Source: an uncultured Planctomycetota bacterium
Lineage (GTDB): Bacteria; Planctomycetota; Planctomycetia; Pirellulales; Lacipirellulaceae
Reading direction: 5' to 3'
Assembly (NCBI GenBank): GCA_963719315.1
Contig: CAVRBU010000018.1
Span: forward strand, 1 to 64,000
DNA: 64,000 nucleotides
The position numbers were made by a program, and so were the translations under genes. Positions 23,843 to 35,097 of the stretch are shown piece by piece; position 1 is the stretch's first letter, and each line of letters begins with the position of its first letter. The notes beneath the pieces were generated by a model that was not told where the DNA came from, ran no database searches, and saw only the letters and a list, made by a program, of their open reading frames with translations.

Positions 23843-26426
23843 ATGCGGCCCGTCAATTTGGTACTCCTCGGCCTCGTGTTGGACGGCGCTTTCTGTTCGT
23901 CTCACAAAGCTTGTGCCCAGGCGCCCACCTCTTCCGGCACCGTGATCACGATCGCCGGCAACGGTCTCGCAACCTTTGCTGGCGACGGTGGACCAGCCAC
24001 GAGCGCCAGCCTCCACGACCCTCATGGGATGGCGATCGGACCTGACGGAACCCTATACTTCACCGACTCCGTCAATTTCCGCATCCGCGCGGTTGATCCC
24101 GTGACCGGAATCATGACGACGGTCGTCGGCAACGGGACCGCTGGCGACACCGGTAACGGCGGGCCGGCCACCGACGCCACCTTGTCCGGCGTCTACCACC
24201 TCGCAGTGGACCGCGCCCGCAACGCGCTCTACTTCGCCGACCTCGATAACAACTGGTTACGCAAAGTGGACCTATCGACCGGCGTGCTCACCGTCTATGC
24301 GGGCCAAGGCCCCAACGGCTTCGGCTTCAGCGGCGATGGCGGACCAGCCACATTGGCCGAGTTCGCGTTCCCCGAGGGCGTCGCTATCGATGCCAGCGGC
24401 CGACTCTCCATCACCGATACTTTCAACAACCGCGTCCGCCAAGTTGATCCCGTCACCGGCATCATCACGACCATTGCGGGCAACGGTGGCACGTCGACGG
24501 CGGGCGACGGCGGCCCCGCCACCGTCGCCTCGTTGGCGGGTGTCGGCATTGTCAGCTCGGACGGCGCGGGTAATGTATTCGTCACCGACCAAAGTGCCAG
24601 CACCCGCATCCGCCGCATCGACGCCGCGACGGGAATCATCACCACCGTCGCGGGTGGCGGGGTCAGCCCTCTGGGCGCTGGGTCGGCCACCGATGTGAAC
24701 CTCGCGAATGTCCACGCCTATACTGCCGTTGATGATGCCGGGAGGCTGTTTTTCGCCCACGGAAATCAAGTGTTCAAGGTGGACCTCACGACTGGCCAGC
24801 TCAGCCTCTTCGCCGGCGCGGCGAGCAGCGGTTTCAGCGGCGATGGCGGCCCCGCACTCGACGCACGCTTCCATAGCATCGGCGGACTGGCGCTTGCGCC
24901 CGGCGGCGGACTCTTGATCTCCGATACGGTTAACCAACGTGTCCGCTACATCGCGCCCGACTCGATCCACCTCGTCGGCGATGCCGGGCTGACAGAATTT
25001 CACCTGCCGTGGGTCAGCGCGCTCTCGGGGGATCTCACTGTCTCCAATAACTCGAACTTAACGGTCATCAACATCGGTTCGCTTGAGACCATCGCTGGCA
25101 ATCTTGACCTCAGCGACAACGCGTCGGCGGGAGTTCTCGACTTGAACTCCCTCAATTCTGTTGGCGGCAACGTCAACGTCAGTGGAAATACGGCTGCGGG
25201 CGTCCTCGACTTCGGTTTGATCATGACGATCACTGGCAATCTTGACCTCAGTGGCAACTCGTCTGCCGGCGTCCTCGACTTCAACGCTCTCATGTCTGTC
25301 GGCGGCAACATCAACATAAGCGGAAACACGGTTGCGGGTGTCCTCGACTTTGGTATGCTCGCGACGGTCACGGGCAATCTTCACCTCAGCGGCAGCTTGT
25401 CTGCCGGCGTCCTCGATTTCGGCTCTCTCACGTCTGTCGGCGGCGACGTTAACGTAACTGGAAACGGGCCTGCGGGCGCCCTCGACCTCGGATCTCTCAC
25501 CTCTGTTGGCGGTGACCTGATGGTCGAAACCACTGGAAGCGGCACGTTCGTTCTCAGCGGTGCGGATGTCGACGGCGACACGAGCATCACGGCCAGCGGC
25601 TACACGGAAGTTGCCGCCGCGACCGCCGGCGGTGAGACGGCCGTTACGATGTTCAACAACGAAGCAACCATGGAAGTCACATTGCCGGACGGCGCGTTTT
25701 CCTCCGAAGTTCCGGTCACCTTCCACATCGAGCGGCTGCCCGGCGGCGGCGTGGAGACCGTCGGCGGTGAGATGGTCACTCACCTGGAAACCTATGCCTT
25801 CGATTTTGCGATCCCCACGCTCAACTCGGCCGCGGAGCTGAACTTCGAGATTGACCTGGCCGCCCTGGACGAGCCGGACCGCCTGTCGCTCCTCGGCCTG
25901 CTGCACGACAGCGCAGAACTGACGATCGGCGTGCGCGGCGATGCACCGGGCGCCGAGCTGCAACTATTCGACGTTTGCTCGGGCGGTGGTCCGGTCGCGG
26001 ACTCGTGCGTCGTCGTCCACTGGCTGGACGAGGCCCGCATGCTGCTCGACCCGCTGGGCAACATCGACCCATCCATCCTGCGGTTCGAATCGCTGGTCGG
26101 CCATTTCTCAACCTACAGCGTCGTGGCCGTCGGACTGGCCGGCGATTACAACCTCGACGGCATCGTTGACGCGGCCGACTACGTCGTGTGGCGGAAGACC
26201 GATGGTACGCAGGCTGGCTATGACGTTCTGGCGCGCCCACTTCGGGAAAACCGCCCCCAGCGGCGCGGGTGCCGTAGCTGGCTTGCTCAACGATGCAGAC
26301 GCTGCGGTCCCCGAGCCGGCCTGTGCAATGATGCTTCTGGCCGCGGTGGTGATGATCGGCGCGACGCGGCGAAGATGGTTGGATTCAAGCTTGCCGCGGC
26401 CGGACTTGCATACTTTTTCTTCTTAG
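23843..26426 (+). CDS. Surface protein: NHL repeats + ~22-aa beta-solenoid repeats + dockerin-like motif + PEP-CTERM (frameshift ~26225)
   Basis: GDGGPAT NHL repeats; LDLSGNxxAGVLDF repeats; GDYNLDGIVDAADYVVWR; VPEP...RRR in the shifted frame. Confidence 0.85.
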
Positions 26427-27427
26427 ATCGTGTCAGACTCTCGCGAAGCGGCATCGTTTTCCTGCCGCAACTGCGAAAGCAGCCGAGTCATCGTGTTGGG
26501 ATGCACTCCCAACAGCCGAGCAGCCCGGCTCTTGTGGCCCCGCGTCGCGCGGAGCGCCTGTTGCACGGCTACACGGCGCAATTGGGAAAGATCCATGAAG
26601 GGCAGCGAGGTCTCGTCGATTCGCCGCGTACTGGGCCGTTCGGGCAGCCTGGGCTCGCAATCGAGCACGTAGGCTTGTTCGATAACGTTTCCCAATTGGC
26701 GGATGTTGCCGGGCCAGCGATATTCGCAGAATTGCCGCAGTGTTTCGCTGTTCGGTCGCCACAACGGTCGCTGGTATCGCGCCGCAAACTTTCGCGAAAA
26801 GTATTCCACGAAATTCGGAATGTCGTCCACCCGCTGCCGGAGTGGCGGCACGTTGAATTCGACCATGTTCAAGCGATAGTACAAATCCTCGCGGAAGCGA
26901 CCCTCGGCCACTTCCAGTTCGAGATCGCGGTTCGTGGCCGCGACGACCTGCACATTTAGATGTACCGGCAGCGACGAGCCAACCGGCGTGACTTCGTGTT
27001 GCTGCAAGACGCGCAGCAGTTTAGGTTGCAGTTCGAGCGGCATCTCGCCGACTTCGTCGAGGAAGACGATCCCGCCCTCCGCGGCACGGAACACGCCGAG
27101 GCTGCGCCCGGCCGCGCCGGTAAACGCGCCTTTCTCGTGGCCGAACAATTGGCTTTCGGCCAACGTCGCGGTTAGCGCCGCGCAATTGACGGGAACGAAT
27201 GGTTTTTCTCGGCGCGGACCCAAGCGGTGGAGTAGCCGGGCCCACAGCTCTTTGCCGGTTCCGGTTTCGCCGCTCACCAGGACGGTGCACTCGACGTCCG
27301 CCGCGCGCTCCACATGGCGCGCAATGCGATTCACCTTGGGGTTCGAGCCCAACACCCAACTCTCTGGATCTTCGGGAGCCAGATCGAGCAGAGACTCAAT
27401 TGAGGGGGCAACGGTTGAATAAGCCAT
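26423..27427 (-). CDS. Sigma54-dependent activator (AAA+ and Fis HTH, no sensory domain)
   Basis: GETGTGKE, ESQLFGHEKGAFTGA, FLDEVGE, WPGNIRQL, AARLLGV. Confidence 0.93.
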   Translation of the reverse strand: MAYSTVAPSIESLLDLAPEDPESWVLGSNPKVNRIARHVERAADVECTVLVSGETGTGKELWARLLHRLGPRREKPFVPVNCAALTATLAESQLFGHEKGAFTGAAGRSLGVFRAAEGGIVFLDEVGEMPLELQPKLLRVLQQHEVTPVGSSLPVHLNVQVVAATNRDLELEVAEGRFREDLYYRLNMVEFNVPPLRQRVDDIPNFVEYFSRKFAARYQRPLWRPNSETLRQFCEYRWPGNIRQLGNVIEQAYVLDCEPRLPERPSTRRIDETSLPFMDLSQLRRVAVQQALRATRGHKSRAARLLGVHPNTMTRLLSQLRQENDAASRESDTI

Positions 27428-27922
27428 AGCTTCTCTGTGCGGTCAAATCGACGAGCCTCATCGCCGAATCGTTCGTCCTTAGACTCCGTGCTCGCCATCC
27501 AAATCCAATGCGCGAGATGGTGATGCAAGGTTGTTCCGAATTAGGAGTCTAAGCGTGGTCGTCTCACTAGCGTCCCATCCCAGGGGTGCCAAAAACGGGT
27601 ACATCGAATCGGCCGCGTCACGTCTTCGCGAGCGACTTCGACACATAACGTCATTGTACCCAGTCTCCGGGATAGCTCAATAAATTCGATTGCAAAAGGG
27701 AGGAAAATCACATGGCTGCATAACTATTACGGGAAACCTAGCGGTTACACGGAATATCGGGGCTGAGAACGCCTAAACCGTTGGCTGAGAAAGCGTTACG
27801 GAGCCAAAAATCCGTGGATGGACCGGTTTATTCTTGAAAGCGATGCTGCCGCCGGCCGTGGGAGCGACATTTTTGAGGCAGAATTGCCTCAGACTGGCTA
27901 TTCGGCGCCAGGGGATTGCGGC

Positions 27923-28055
27923 GGGTGCAGGAACGCTATTCAACTGCCACGGTGGTAAGGAACCGTGGGCTAGCGCCCAGCGGCTGATTTCATCAGCCGG
28001 AACGCGCTAGCGTCCGGTTCCTGGGGACGCGATTCCGATTAGTGTTCCTGCACCC
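27923..28055. mobile_element. 133-bp MITE with ISKra4-type ends
   Basis: Ends GGGTGCAGGAACGCTA / TAGTGTTCCTGCACCC match the IS at 31464-33193; 9-bp duplication GATTGCGGC (27914-27922, 28056-28064). Confidence 0.92.
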
Positions 28056-29185
28056 GATTGCGGCCGGTCCTGGAGCTCGATGTCCAGGATCAGCGGCTTG
28101 TGGTCGGAACCGAGTCCCCGGCCTTCCGAAATGTCCAAACAAGCGACATCGGACGACAGGAACGCCTGGTCGATGCGAATCGGCGGCACGAGCTGCTCGC
28201 CGTTGGGCCACGTCGTGGCGTAACCGCGACCGCGATCCTCGTGAGCCGAACGCAGACCACCCGCTTTCAGCCGCTCATACACTTGGGAGTATTGCGTGGC
28301 GTTACAATCGCCCACGACGACCAACGGATGCCGGTCACCGAGAAGCAACGGAACGACGCGATTCCAATATCCGTCGTAGTCATTGTGGTGAAAATCCATC
28401 GGCCGCGGCGCGTGCAAACCGGCCAAGCGTAGCGTCTGCGAGCCGACAGCTATTTCAATCGTCTCGACACAGCGGTCGGCGATCCAAACTTGCGAGTCGG
28501 CTTTGATCGGCACCTTCGAGTACATGCTAACGTCGCCGACTCGCGCAAGGTCCCAGCCGCTGCCATACGGATACGCCGCCATCAGCGGCGATTGCACGAA
28601 CTCCGTGCGCCAAGGCCTGAAGAACTCAACGAGGACGATAACGTCCGGGTTTGCTTCCTTGATTTCTTGCAACATCGCGTTTTGTTCGCGGTTCGACGCG
28701 CGAACATTGGCAAAGAAAACGCGCAGCTTATGCCTGGCGTGCGCATCGGCGCCCGTCGCGGCAGCGGGCGCATCAAACTGATGATTACGCAGAAAATCTG
28801 GTGCAACCCAGAAGAGTTGGCACCCTATGATCGCCATGTTGGCCAGCATCAACCACCGGCGACGATTCCACATCGCCAACATCAAACAAACATACGCGGG
28901 AAGGTACACGTACCTCGTGAACGCATTGATCCATGTAAGAACGTGCGTTCCGTCGTGGTAAAAAATCCTAAGCACGACCAGCACGCCGAGCACTAGTGTC
29001 GCCAGCCAGGCGAGAACGACAAGCATCCGCGTTCGCCACGAGGAATAGTGCGTCGCATCCCTCGTCGTGTGTAATTCTTGCACTTGTCGGGCCGAAATCC
29101 TTGTGGCAAGTTCGGCAACCTGTGCGAAGCCGGCGTCGGCCGGCGCCGCGGCAGGATGGCTTTCGAGTCTATCGGGCCCACTCAT
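28007..29185 (-). CDS. Endonuclease/exonuclease/phosphatase family membrane protein
   Basis: TM segments, then FANV, PDVIVLVE, VVVGDCNA, RIDQAF, GSDHKP. Confidence 0.85.
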   Translation of the reverse strand: MSGPDRLESHPAAAPADAGFAQVAELATRISARQVQELHTTRDATHYSSWRTRMLVVLAWLATLVLGVLVVLRIFYHDGTHVLTWINAFTRYVYLPAYVCLMLAMWNRRRWLMLANMAIIGCQLFWVAPDFLRNHQFDAPAAATGADAHARHKLRVFFANVRASNREQNAMLQEIKEANPDVIVLVEFFRPWRTEFVQSPLMAAYPYGSGWDLARVGDVSMYSKVPIKADSQVWIADRCVETIEIAVGSQTLRLAGLHAPRPMDFHHNDYDGYWNRVVPLLLGDRHPLVVVGDCNATQYSQVYERLKAGGLRSAHEDRGRGYATTWPNGEQLVPPIRIDQAFLSSDVACLDISEGRGLGSDHKPLILDIELQDRPQSGAGTLIGIASPGTGR

Positions 29186-29348
29186 TTTCATACTGCCAGG
29201 GCCTGAATCGATAGTTAGCGCATTGACATCGACGCGATGGCAACGTGGAGCAAAGCCGCATAATTGCTAAGAAATATTGCCGCCAGTATAGCCGACGCAA
29301 CGCGCGGGGGCAGGCGTTCGCGCATCGCAGCGGCAATGCGGTAACTTA

Positions 29349-30221
29349 CTACGCCGCGGCGTCCGAGACGGTTCGATCGCCCAGTGCGATAACCGATATC
29401 TTGTGCTTAGCCGCAAATTGCCGGAACTCGTCATCGTCCAGCAGGATCGTTCGGCCGCCTTCGACGGCCAGCACGTTCGCTCCGGCGGCCAGCATTGTTC
29501 GCAAAGTGCGCACGCCGACGGTGGGCACATCGAATCGCATATCCTGCTGCGGTTTGGCCACCTTGACAATCGTGAACTCCCCCTTCTTACAGAGCTCGCC
29601 GGCGCGAAGGATGCAGGCGTCGGTGCCCTCGATGGCTTCGACGGCAATCACCGCGCGATCCTTCACGCAGACGCTTTGACCAATATCGAGGCCGCCCATC
29701 AGCTTGGCCACCTCCCAGCCGAATTTGATGTCGGCCTGCTGACCGGCCGACGGCGGCCGACCAGCGATTTGGCCCGCCGGAACCAGCAGCTCCGGCGCGA
29801 AATCGGTTGCTGGATGAAACGTAATGCCCTCCGCCGCAAAGGCATCGGCCAGCACGCCCAGCAGCGTGTCGTCTTTGTTGTCGTGCTTGTGCGTGACCAA
29901 ATAGTGGTAGAAAGTCTTGATGAACTTCCAATCGGGTATGTGCCGCAACCACACCCGCGGTTGATATATCACGGTCTTGTGAAACTTGCCGGCCATCGTG
30001 GCTTGCTGAACATCGCAACGGCGAAAGAATCGAATGGCGCGGCCCAAGCCGCACCAGCCCGTCCATTGAAAGTCCTGGCAGATATCGCGCAGCACTGGGT
30101 CGGCCATGTCCACGACGCCGATGCAACTGACGTGATAGTCCTGTCGCCGCAAAGCTTCGGCCACCAGCACGGGATACCGGCCCCACGCGGCGAGCAGGCC
30201 AATGCGCTTGTTCCCACTCAT
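29349..30221 (-). CDS. lpxI: UDP-2,3-diacylglucosamine diphosphatase LpxI
   Basis: DIGQSV, AVEAIEGTD, KVAKPQQDMRFDVPTVG; overlaps the lpxD stop. Confidence 0.9.
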   Translation of the reverse strand: MSGNKRIGLLAAWGRYPVLVAEALRRQDYHVSCIGVVDMADPVLRDICQDFQWTGWCGLGRAIRFFRRCDVQQATMAGKFHKTVIYQPRVWLRHIPDWKFIKTFYHYLVTHKHDNKDDTLLGVLADAFAAEGITFHPATDFAPELLVPAGQIAGRPPSAGQQADIKFGWEVAKLMGGLDIGQSVCVKDRAVIAVEAIEGTDACILRAGELCKKGEFTIVKVAKPQQDMRFDVPTVGVRTLRTMLAAGANVLAVEGGRTILLDDDEFRQFAAKHKISVIALGDRTVSDAAA

Positions 30222-31321
30222 GCTGCTTGGTCCGTTTCAAAGGGCTTTTTGGTAGCGCCCGCCAGTTTTTGCAGTTCGGCGACCGCGCGGCGAATGGCTT
30301 TGAACTCATGCCGCATCTCGGGCAACTTCGAGAGGGCCGCTAGTTTCAGCTTTTGATCGCGTTCGGGCGTGGCCGGAATACCCATCATCACGACGCCATC
30401 GGGAACGTCGTTGGTGATGCCGGCCATGGCGCTCAGTTCAGCGCCCGTTCCGATATGAACGTGATCGCGGAGCCCCGCCTGGCCGCCCATTACCACGTAG
30501 TCGCCCGTCGTCGTGCTGCCGGCGATGCCGACCTGGGCGCAAATAAGGTTATGCCGACCAATGCTACAGTTGTGGGCGATCTGAACCTGGTTGTCGATTT
30601 TCGTACCATCGCCGATCGAGGTCGCGCCGTATGTGCCGCGATCGATCGTCGTGCCGGCGCCGATTTCCACGTCGCTGCCGATCCGCACGTAGCCGAGCTG
30701 CGCGGAGAGAACGTGCCGGCCCGCCACGTGCGAATAGCCGAAGCCGAATGCTCCGATGGTCGCGTTGCCGTTGATGATCGTGCGGTCGCCGACGATCGTG
30801 TTTTCATAGAGCACGACGCCGGGGCCAATCGTAGCATCGCGGCCAATCTTGCAGCCCGCGAGGATTTGTGCGCCGGGCAGGATGGTCGTGCCGTCGCCGA
30901 TCAGGCAGTCGTCGCCGATCGTTGCACCGGCGTGGATATTGACGCCCTTCCCCCACCGCGCCGACGGACTAACGATCGCCCACGCGCTGATGCCAATCGC
31001 AGCGTGGCTCCGCGTCGGCCGATAGTGGGACACAATCGTCGCAAACGCCGCATGAACATCGTCCACCACGATCGACGCCTTGTGAGCCGAGTCGTCCCCG
31101 CCCGCGGCCAACTCGCCCGCTATTTTTTCGCTCACCACGACCGCTGCCGCCAGAGTGGAATTCAAGTTTTTCAATCGCTCAGGCTGATCCACCAACGTGA
31201 TTTCGCCGGCCGCTACTTCCGCGAGCACTTCCGCTCCGTGGATCGGCAATTGCGGATCGCCCTGGACGCGACCACCAACAAGTTCAGCCAGTTGGCCCAA
31301 GGTCGTTGCTCGTTTGCTCAT
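30218..31321 (-). CDS. lpxD: UDP-3-O-acyl-glucosamine N-acyltransferase LpxD
   Basis: Hexapeptide repeats; GFGY, EIGAGTTIDRG, KIDNQVQIAHN. Confidence 0.95.
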   Translation of the reverse strand: MSKRATTLGQLAELVGGRVQGDPQLPIHGAEVLAEVAAGEITLVDQPERLKNLNSTLAAAVVVSEKIAGELAAGGDDSAHKASIVVDDVHAAFATIVSHYRPTRSHAAIGISAWAIVSPSARWGKGVNIHAGATIGDDCLIGDGTTILPGAQILAGCKIGRDATIGPGVVLYENTIVGDRTIINGNATIGAFGFGYSHVAGRHVLSAQLGYVRIGSDVEIGAGTTIDRGTYGATSIGDGTKIDNQVQIAHNCSIGRHNLICAQVGIAGSTTTGDYVVMGGQAGLRDHVHIGTGAELSAMAGITNDVPDGVVMMGIPATPERDQKLKLAALSKLPEMRHEFKAIRRAVAELQKLAGATKKPFETDQAA

Positions 31322-31463
31322 GGTTGAACTTTCTGGAATTGGCAGTGCGGAAGGTTGGTCTGGCCGCACTCAAGTTGGTGAAATGGACCAGCTATTTTGG
31401 GCCGCGGATCGTACCCATTCGACCAAAAATGAGCAATATCAGCCGTTATTTCCCGCCCGCGGC

Positions 31464-33193
31464 GGGTGCAGGAACGCTAATTGGTCAAGTATCGAGCTAG
31501 CGGGAGTCGTGCTGGCAGAATTGGGGGGTGGTTGGTACGCTGTCGGCGGAGGGAGAGAGTTTCGGACGAGCGAACCCAAGCCGATTGGAGAGCACGATGA
31601 CCAAGGAAGGATTTTCAGCGGACCCAGGATGGTCGGTTGCGGTACGGCGGAAGTTGCAAGAGTTGGCGGAGTTGATTTCGCACGAGCGGTTTGGCGAGGC
31701 AGGGATCCCCAAGGAGATTACGTTTTCAGAAATCGAGGAGATCGGTCATCAGGTGGGGCGACTAGCAGCCGGTACGATCGATCAGACGCTACAGCTTCGA
31801 CATGCCGAGCACCTGACGGGAGTGGAGCCTTGTCCTGAATGTGGTCGCGATTGCCGAGTCGAGCGGCGCGAGCGAACGTTGCAAACGCGCGACGGCACGG
31901 TCGCATTGGACGAACCCGTTTGTCACTGTGGCGCCTGTGAGCGCGATTTTTCCCCCTCAGCGTCCCCTGCTGAAACTCGACGGGCGTGCGTATAGCCCGC
32001 TGGTGCTGGAGCGGATTGTCTCGGCGGGCGGCTTGACGAAGTCGTTCGTGGTGTCCGCGAAGCTGCTGAAGCTGATCGGAGAGATCGACGTCTCAAGTCG
32101 TCAGGTCAACAACCTGACGGTGATGGTAGGCGAAGAACTGGCGCGTGACCGCGATCGGCAGACCGCGGCGTACGCCGATCAGGCGTTGCCACGAACCGCT
32201 ACGCGTGTGGAACCCGTGCCGCAATTGGCCTGCGTCGAGGTGGATGGCGGGCGGATGCAGACCCGCACGCCCGGCGAGGGGCCGGGTGTCCATGAGGCCC
32301 ACTGGCGAGAGACGAAAACGGCCGGTTTTTTCCGCATGAAAACGGCTTCGCACGCGGCCGACCCGCACCCGGCCTTGCCACGTTGTTTCGCCAGCCGCCG
32401 CAAGATGCAAGGGTTGCTTCCTGGCGTGGGGGAGGAGCTGGCGGCAGGAGAGCCCGTCACCGACCATGACCCGAACTGGCGCCCGAAGGTGCTGTTCCGC
32501 ACCTGCTCGGCATCCCTGGAAACGAGTGAACGCTTCGGCCAGATGATGGCCGCCGAGGCCGATACGCGGGGATTCTTTGCCGCCCACAGGCGCGCGTTCT
32601 TAGGGGACGGCCTGCCCTACAACTGGTCGATTCATCGTCGACACTTTCCGACGTTTGAGCCGATCGTTGACTTCGTGCATCCGCTGGAGCGATTATACGC
32701 GGCGGCGCGGGCGGCGCATGAGGAGAACGACTCGGCCTGGTCACAGTACGTCGCTTGGGCCGGCGCCGTGTGGCAAGGACGGATCAGCGAAGTGATTCAA
32801 GAGCTTGCCGGCTACAGCCAGTCCTGGGGCCCGCCTCCCAAGGACGCCGACGAGTCGGACCCCCGCCGCGTGTTGGCCGAGTCGCTTACCTACTTGCGAA
32901 ACAACCAGTCTCGCATGGACTACCCCCGCTACCGTCGTCAGGGTCTGCCGGTCACCAGCGCGCTGATTGAGTCGCTGGTCAAAGAAATGAACTACCGCGT
33001 GAAAGGGACCGAAAAGTTCTGGAACGACGGCCTCCCTGGCGAAGCGATCCTGCAAGTCCGAGCCGCCCTCTTGAGCGACGACGACCGCCTCGCCGCCCAT
33101 ATCCGCCAAAGACCTGGCCGGCCCTTTGCACGAACCTCAAGAAAAACCCCGCTAGCAACCGCCGCCTAAAAACCGATTAGCGTTCCTGCACCC
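31464..33193 (+). mobile_element. ISKra4-family (prokaryotic Mutator-like) insertion sequence, 1730 bp
   Basis: IRs GGGTGCAGGAACGCTAAT(T/C)GGT; 9-bp duplication GCCCGCGGC (31455-31463, 33194-33202). Confidence 0.93.
31597..33169 (+). CDS. ISKra4-family transposase, two ORFs joined at TTTTTCCCCC (31947-31956)
   Basis: CPECG/CGAC zinc motifs; VEVDGG, LGDG..YNW, VDFVH, GLPVTSALIES. Confidence 0.85.
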
Positions 33194-33315
33194 GCCCGCG
33201 GCACAATACGCGTCGTTTTCGCGTTTTGAATCCGGCTTCTTTATGTCTTCACGCCCGCGGCTTAAACTGTGACCGGACGGAGGCACACTATTCGAGAGCT
33301 AACACGGAATGAAGC

Positions 33316-33457
33316 CGCCAAGTAAAGCCAAGAACGCCAAGTCTTCACGATGTTCCGATTAAGGCGCGAGAGACTGCCGGAATGACAACTCACAGATAAA
33401 CTGCTTGCCAAGTTGTATTCTCACTGCATTACTTGGCGATCTTGGCGATCTTGGCGG
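33316..33457. repeat. Inverted ~9-mer tandem repeats (CGCCAAG.. / ..CTTGGCG)
   Basis: CGCCAAGTAAAGCCAAGAACGCCAAG...CTTGGCGATCTTGGCGATCTTGGCGG. Confidence 0.7.
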
Positions 33458-33507
33458 TTCTTTTTCAGTTTGAGAACAAAGTCGGGGGAAGTGAAAGGAT
33501 ATTCGAC

Positions 33508-35093
33508 GTGCTGGACCTGTCCAAACTGCAAGACGCAATTCGTTACGAAGGCGGCATCAGTCGCCGCTTGTTTCTCGCGTACTCGGCGAGCCTCTCGGCG
33601 ATACCATTGCTGGGCCGACAGTCGGCCTCCAAAACGCACAAGCCGAATCTTGCAACCGACCCGTTCGGCGTCGGGATCGCGACGGGCGATCCAACCCCGG
33701 ATGGCGTCGTGCTTTGGACCCGACTCGCGCCGCAGCCGTTGCAACCAAACGGAGGCATGGACTCGCAACCGGTCGAGGTGACTTGGGAGATTGCCGACGA
33801 TGACGCGATGCGCCGCGTCGTTCACCGCGGCACGGCCGTCGCCACGCCCGATCTGGCCCACTCGGTTCACGTCGAGGTGAACGGTCTCGCGCCGGATCGT
33901 TGGTACTGGTACCGCTTCCGCGTCGGCGACGCGGAGAGTCCGATCGGCCGCACGCGGACCACGCCGGCGGAGGATTTCACACCGCAGAAACTGCGGTTCG
34001 CGTTTGCCTCCTGCCAGGACTACGAGGATGGCCACTACACCGCCTACGAGCACATGGCCAACGACGATCTCGACATGGTGTTTCACCTCGGGGATTACAT
34101 TTATGAGGACGCACCCAATGATGGCCTCGTACGCAAGGTCGTCGGCACTGAACTCCAGTCGTTGGACGACTATCGACTTCGCTACGCGCAGTATAAGAGC
34201 GACCCGCTCTTACAAGCGATGCACGCCCGCTGCCCTTGGATCGTGACGTGGGATGACCACGAGGTGTCGAATGACTACGCGGGCGAGTTTTCGGAAGAAC
34301 CGGTGATCGACCCGGCGAAATTCCTCGTCCGCCGCGCCGCCGCGTATCAGGCCTACTATGAAACGATGCCGCTGCGCAAGGAATCGTTGCCGCGCGGCCC
34401 GAACATGCGGTTGTACCGAAAGATGTCGTTCGGCCGGCTGGCGGAGTTTTTGGTTCTCGATACGCGCCAATATCGCACCGACCAGCCCTACGCCGGCGAA
34501 AAGCACGACATCGACGATCTCGCCGCCTCGCCTAAGGCCACGATCTTGGGAGGCCAGCAGATGCAATGGCTCCAATCCTCGCTGGCCCGATCGACGGCGC
34601 GGTGGAATGTTCTGGCCCAACAGGTGATGATGGCGGCGGTCGATTTCACGCCGGGCGTAAGCAAGAGTTCTCGATGGAAAAGTGGCCCGGCTACATGCAC
34701 GACCGGCAAAGCCTCGCCCAGTTCCTCGCCGACCGTCACATTTCCAATCCCGTCGTCCTGGCGGGCGACATCCATTCGAATTGGGTGAATGACTTGAGGG
34801 TAGATGACCGGATGGCCGACACGCCGGTGATCGCCACCGAGTTTGTCGGCACCTCGATATCAAGCGGTGGAAACGGGGCCGAGGAACGCGGCCGCGAGAA
34901 AGCGTTCATGGCCGAAAACCCCTGCGTGCGATTCTTCAATGGCGAGCGTGGTTACGTCCGCTGCACGATAACGCCGAAAGAGTGGCGTTCCGATTTCCGC
35001 ACCGTACCCTACGTCGACAAGCCCAACGCGCCCATCAACACGCGGGCCACGTTCGTTGTCGAAGCGGGCCAGCCTGGCGCGAAGCGGGCTTAA
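33508..35093 (+). CDS. phoD: Alkaline phosphatase D family protein, Tat-exported (frameshift ~34657)
   Basis: SRRLFL; GDPTPDGVVLWTRL, HLGDYIYE, WDDHEV, LDTRQYR, GDIH. Confidence 0.92.
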
Positions 35094-35097
35094 AAAT

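Noticed and set aside
26230..26959. 1038-aa ORF overlapping the sigma54 activator
   Set aside because: Caused by the frameshift at ~26225; the real PEP-CTERM end is in another frame
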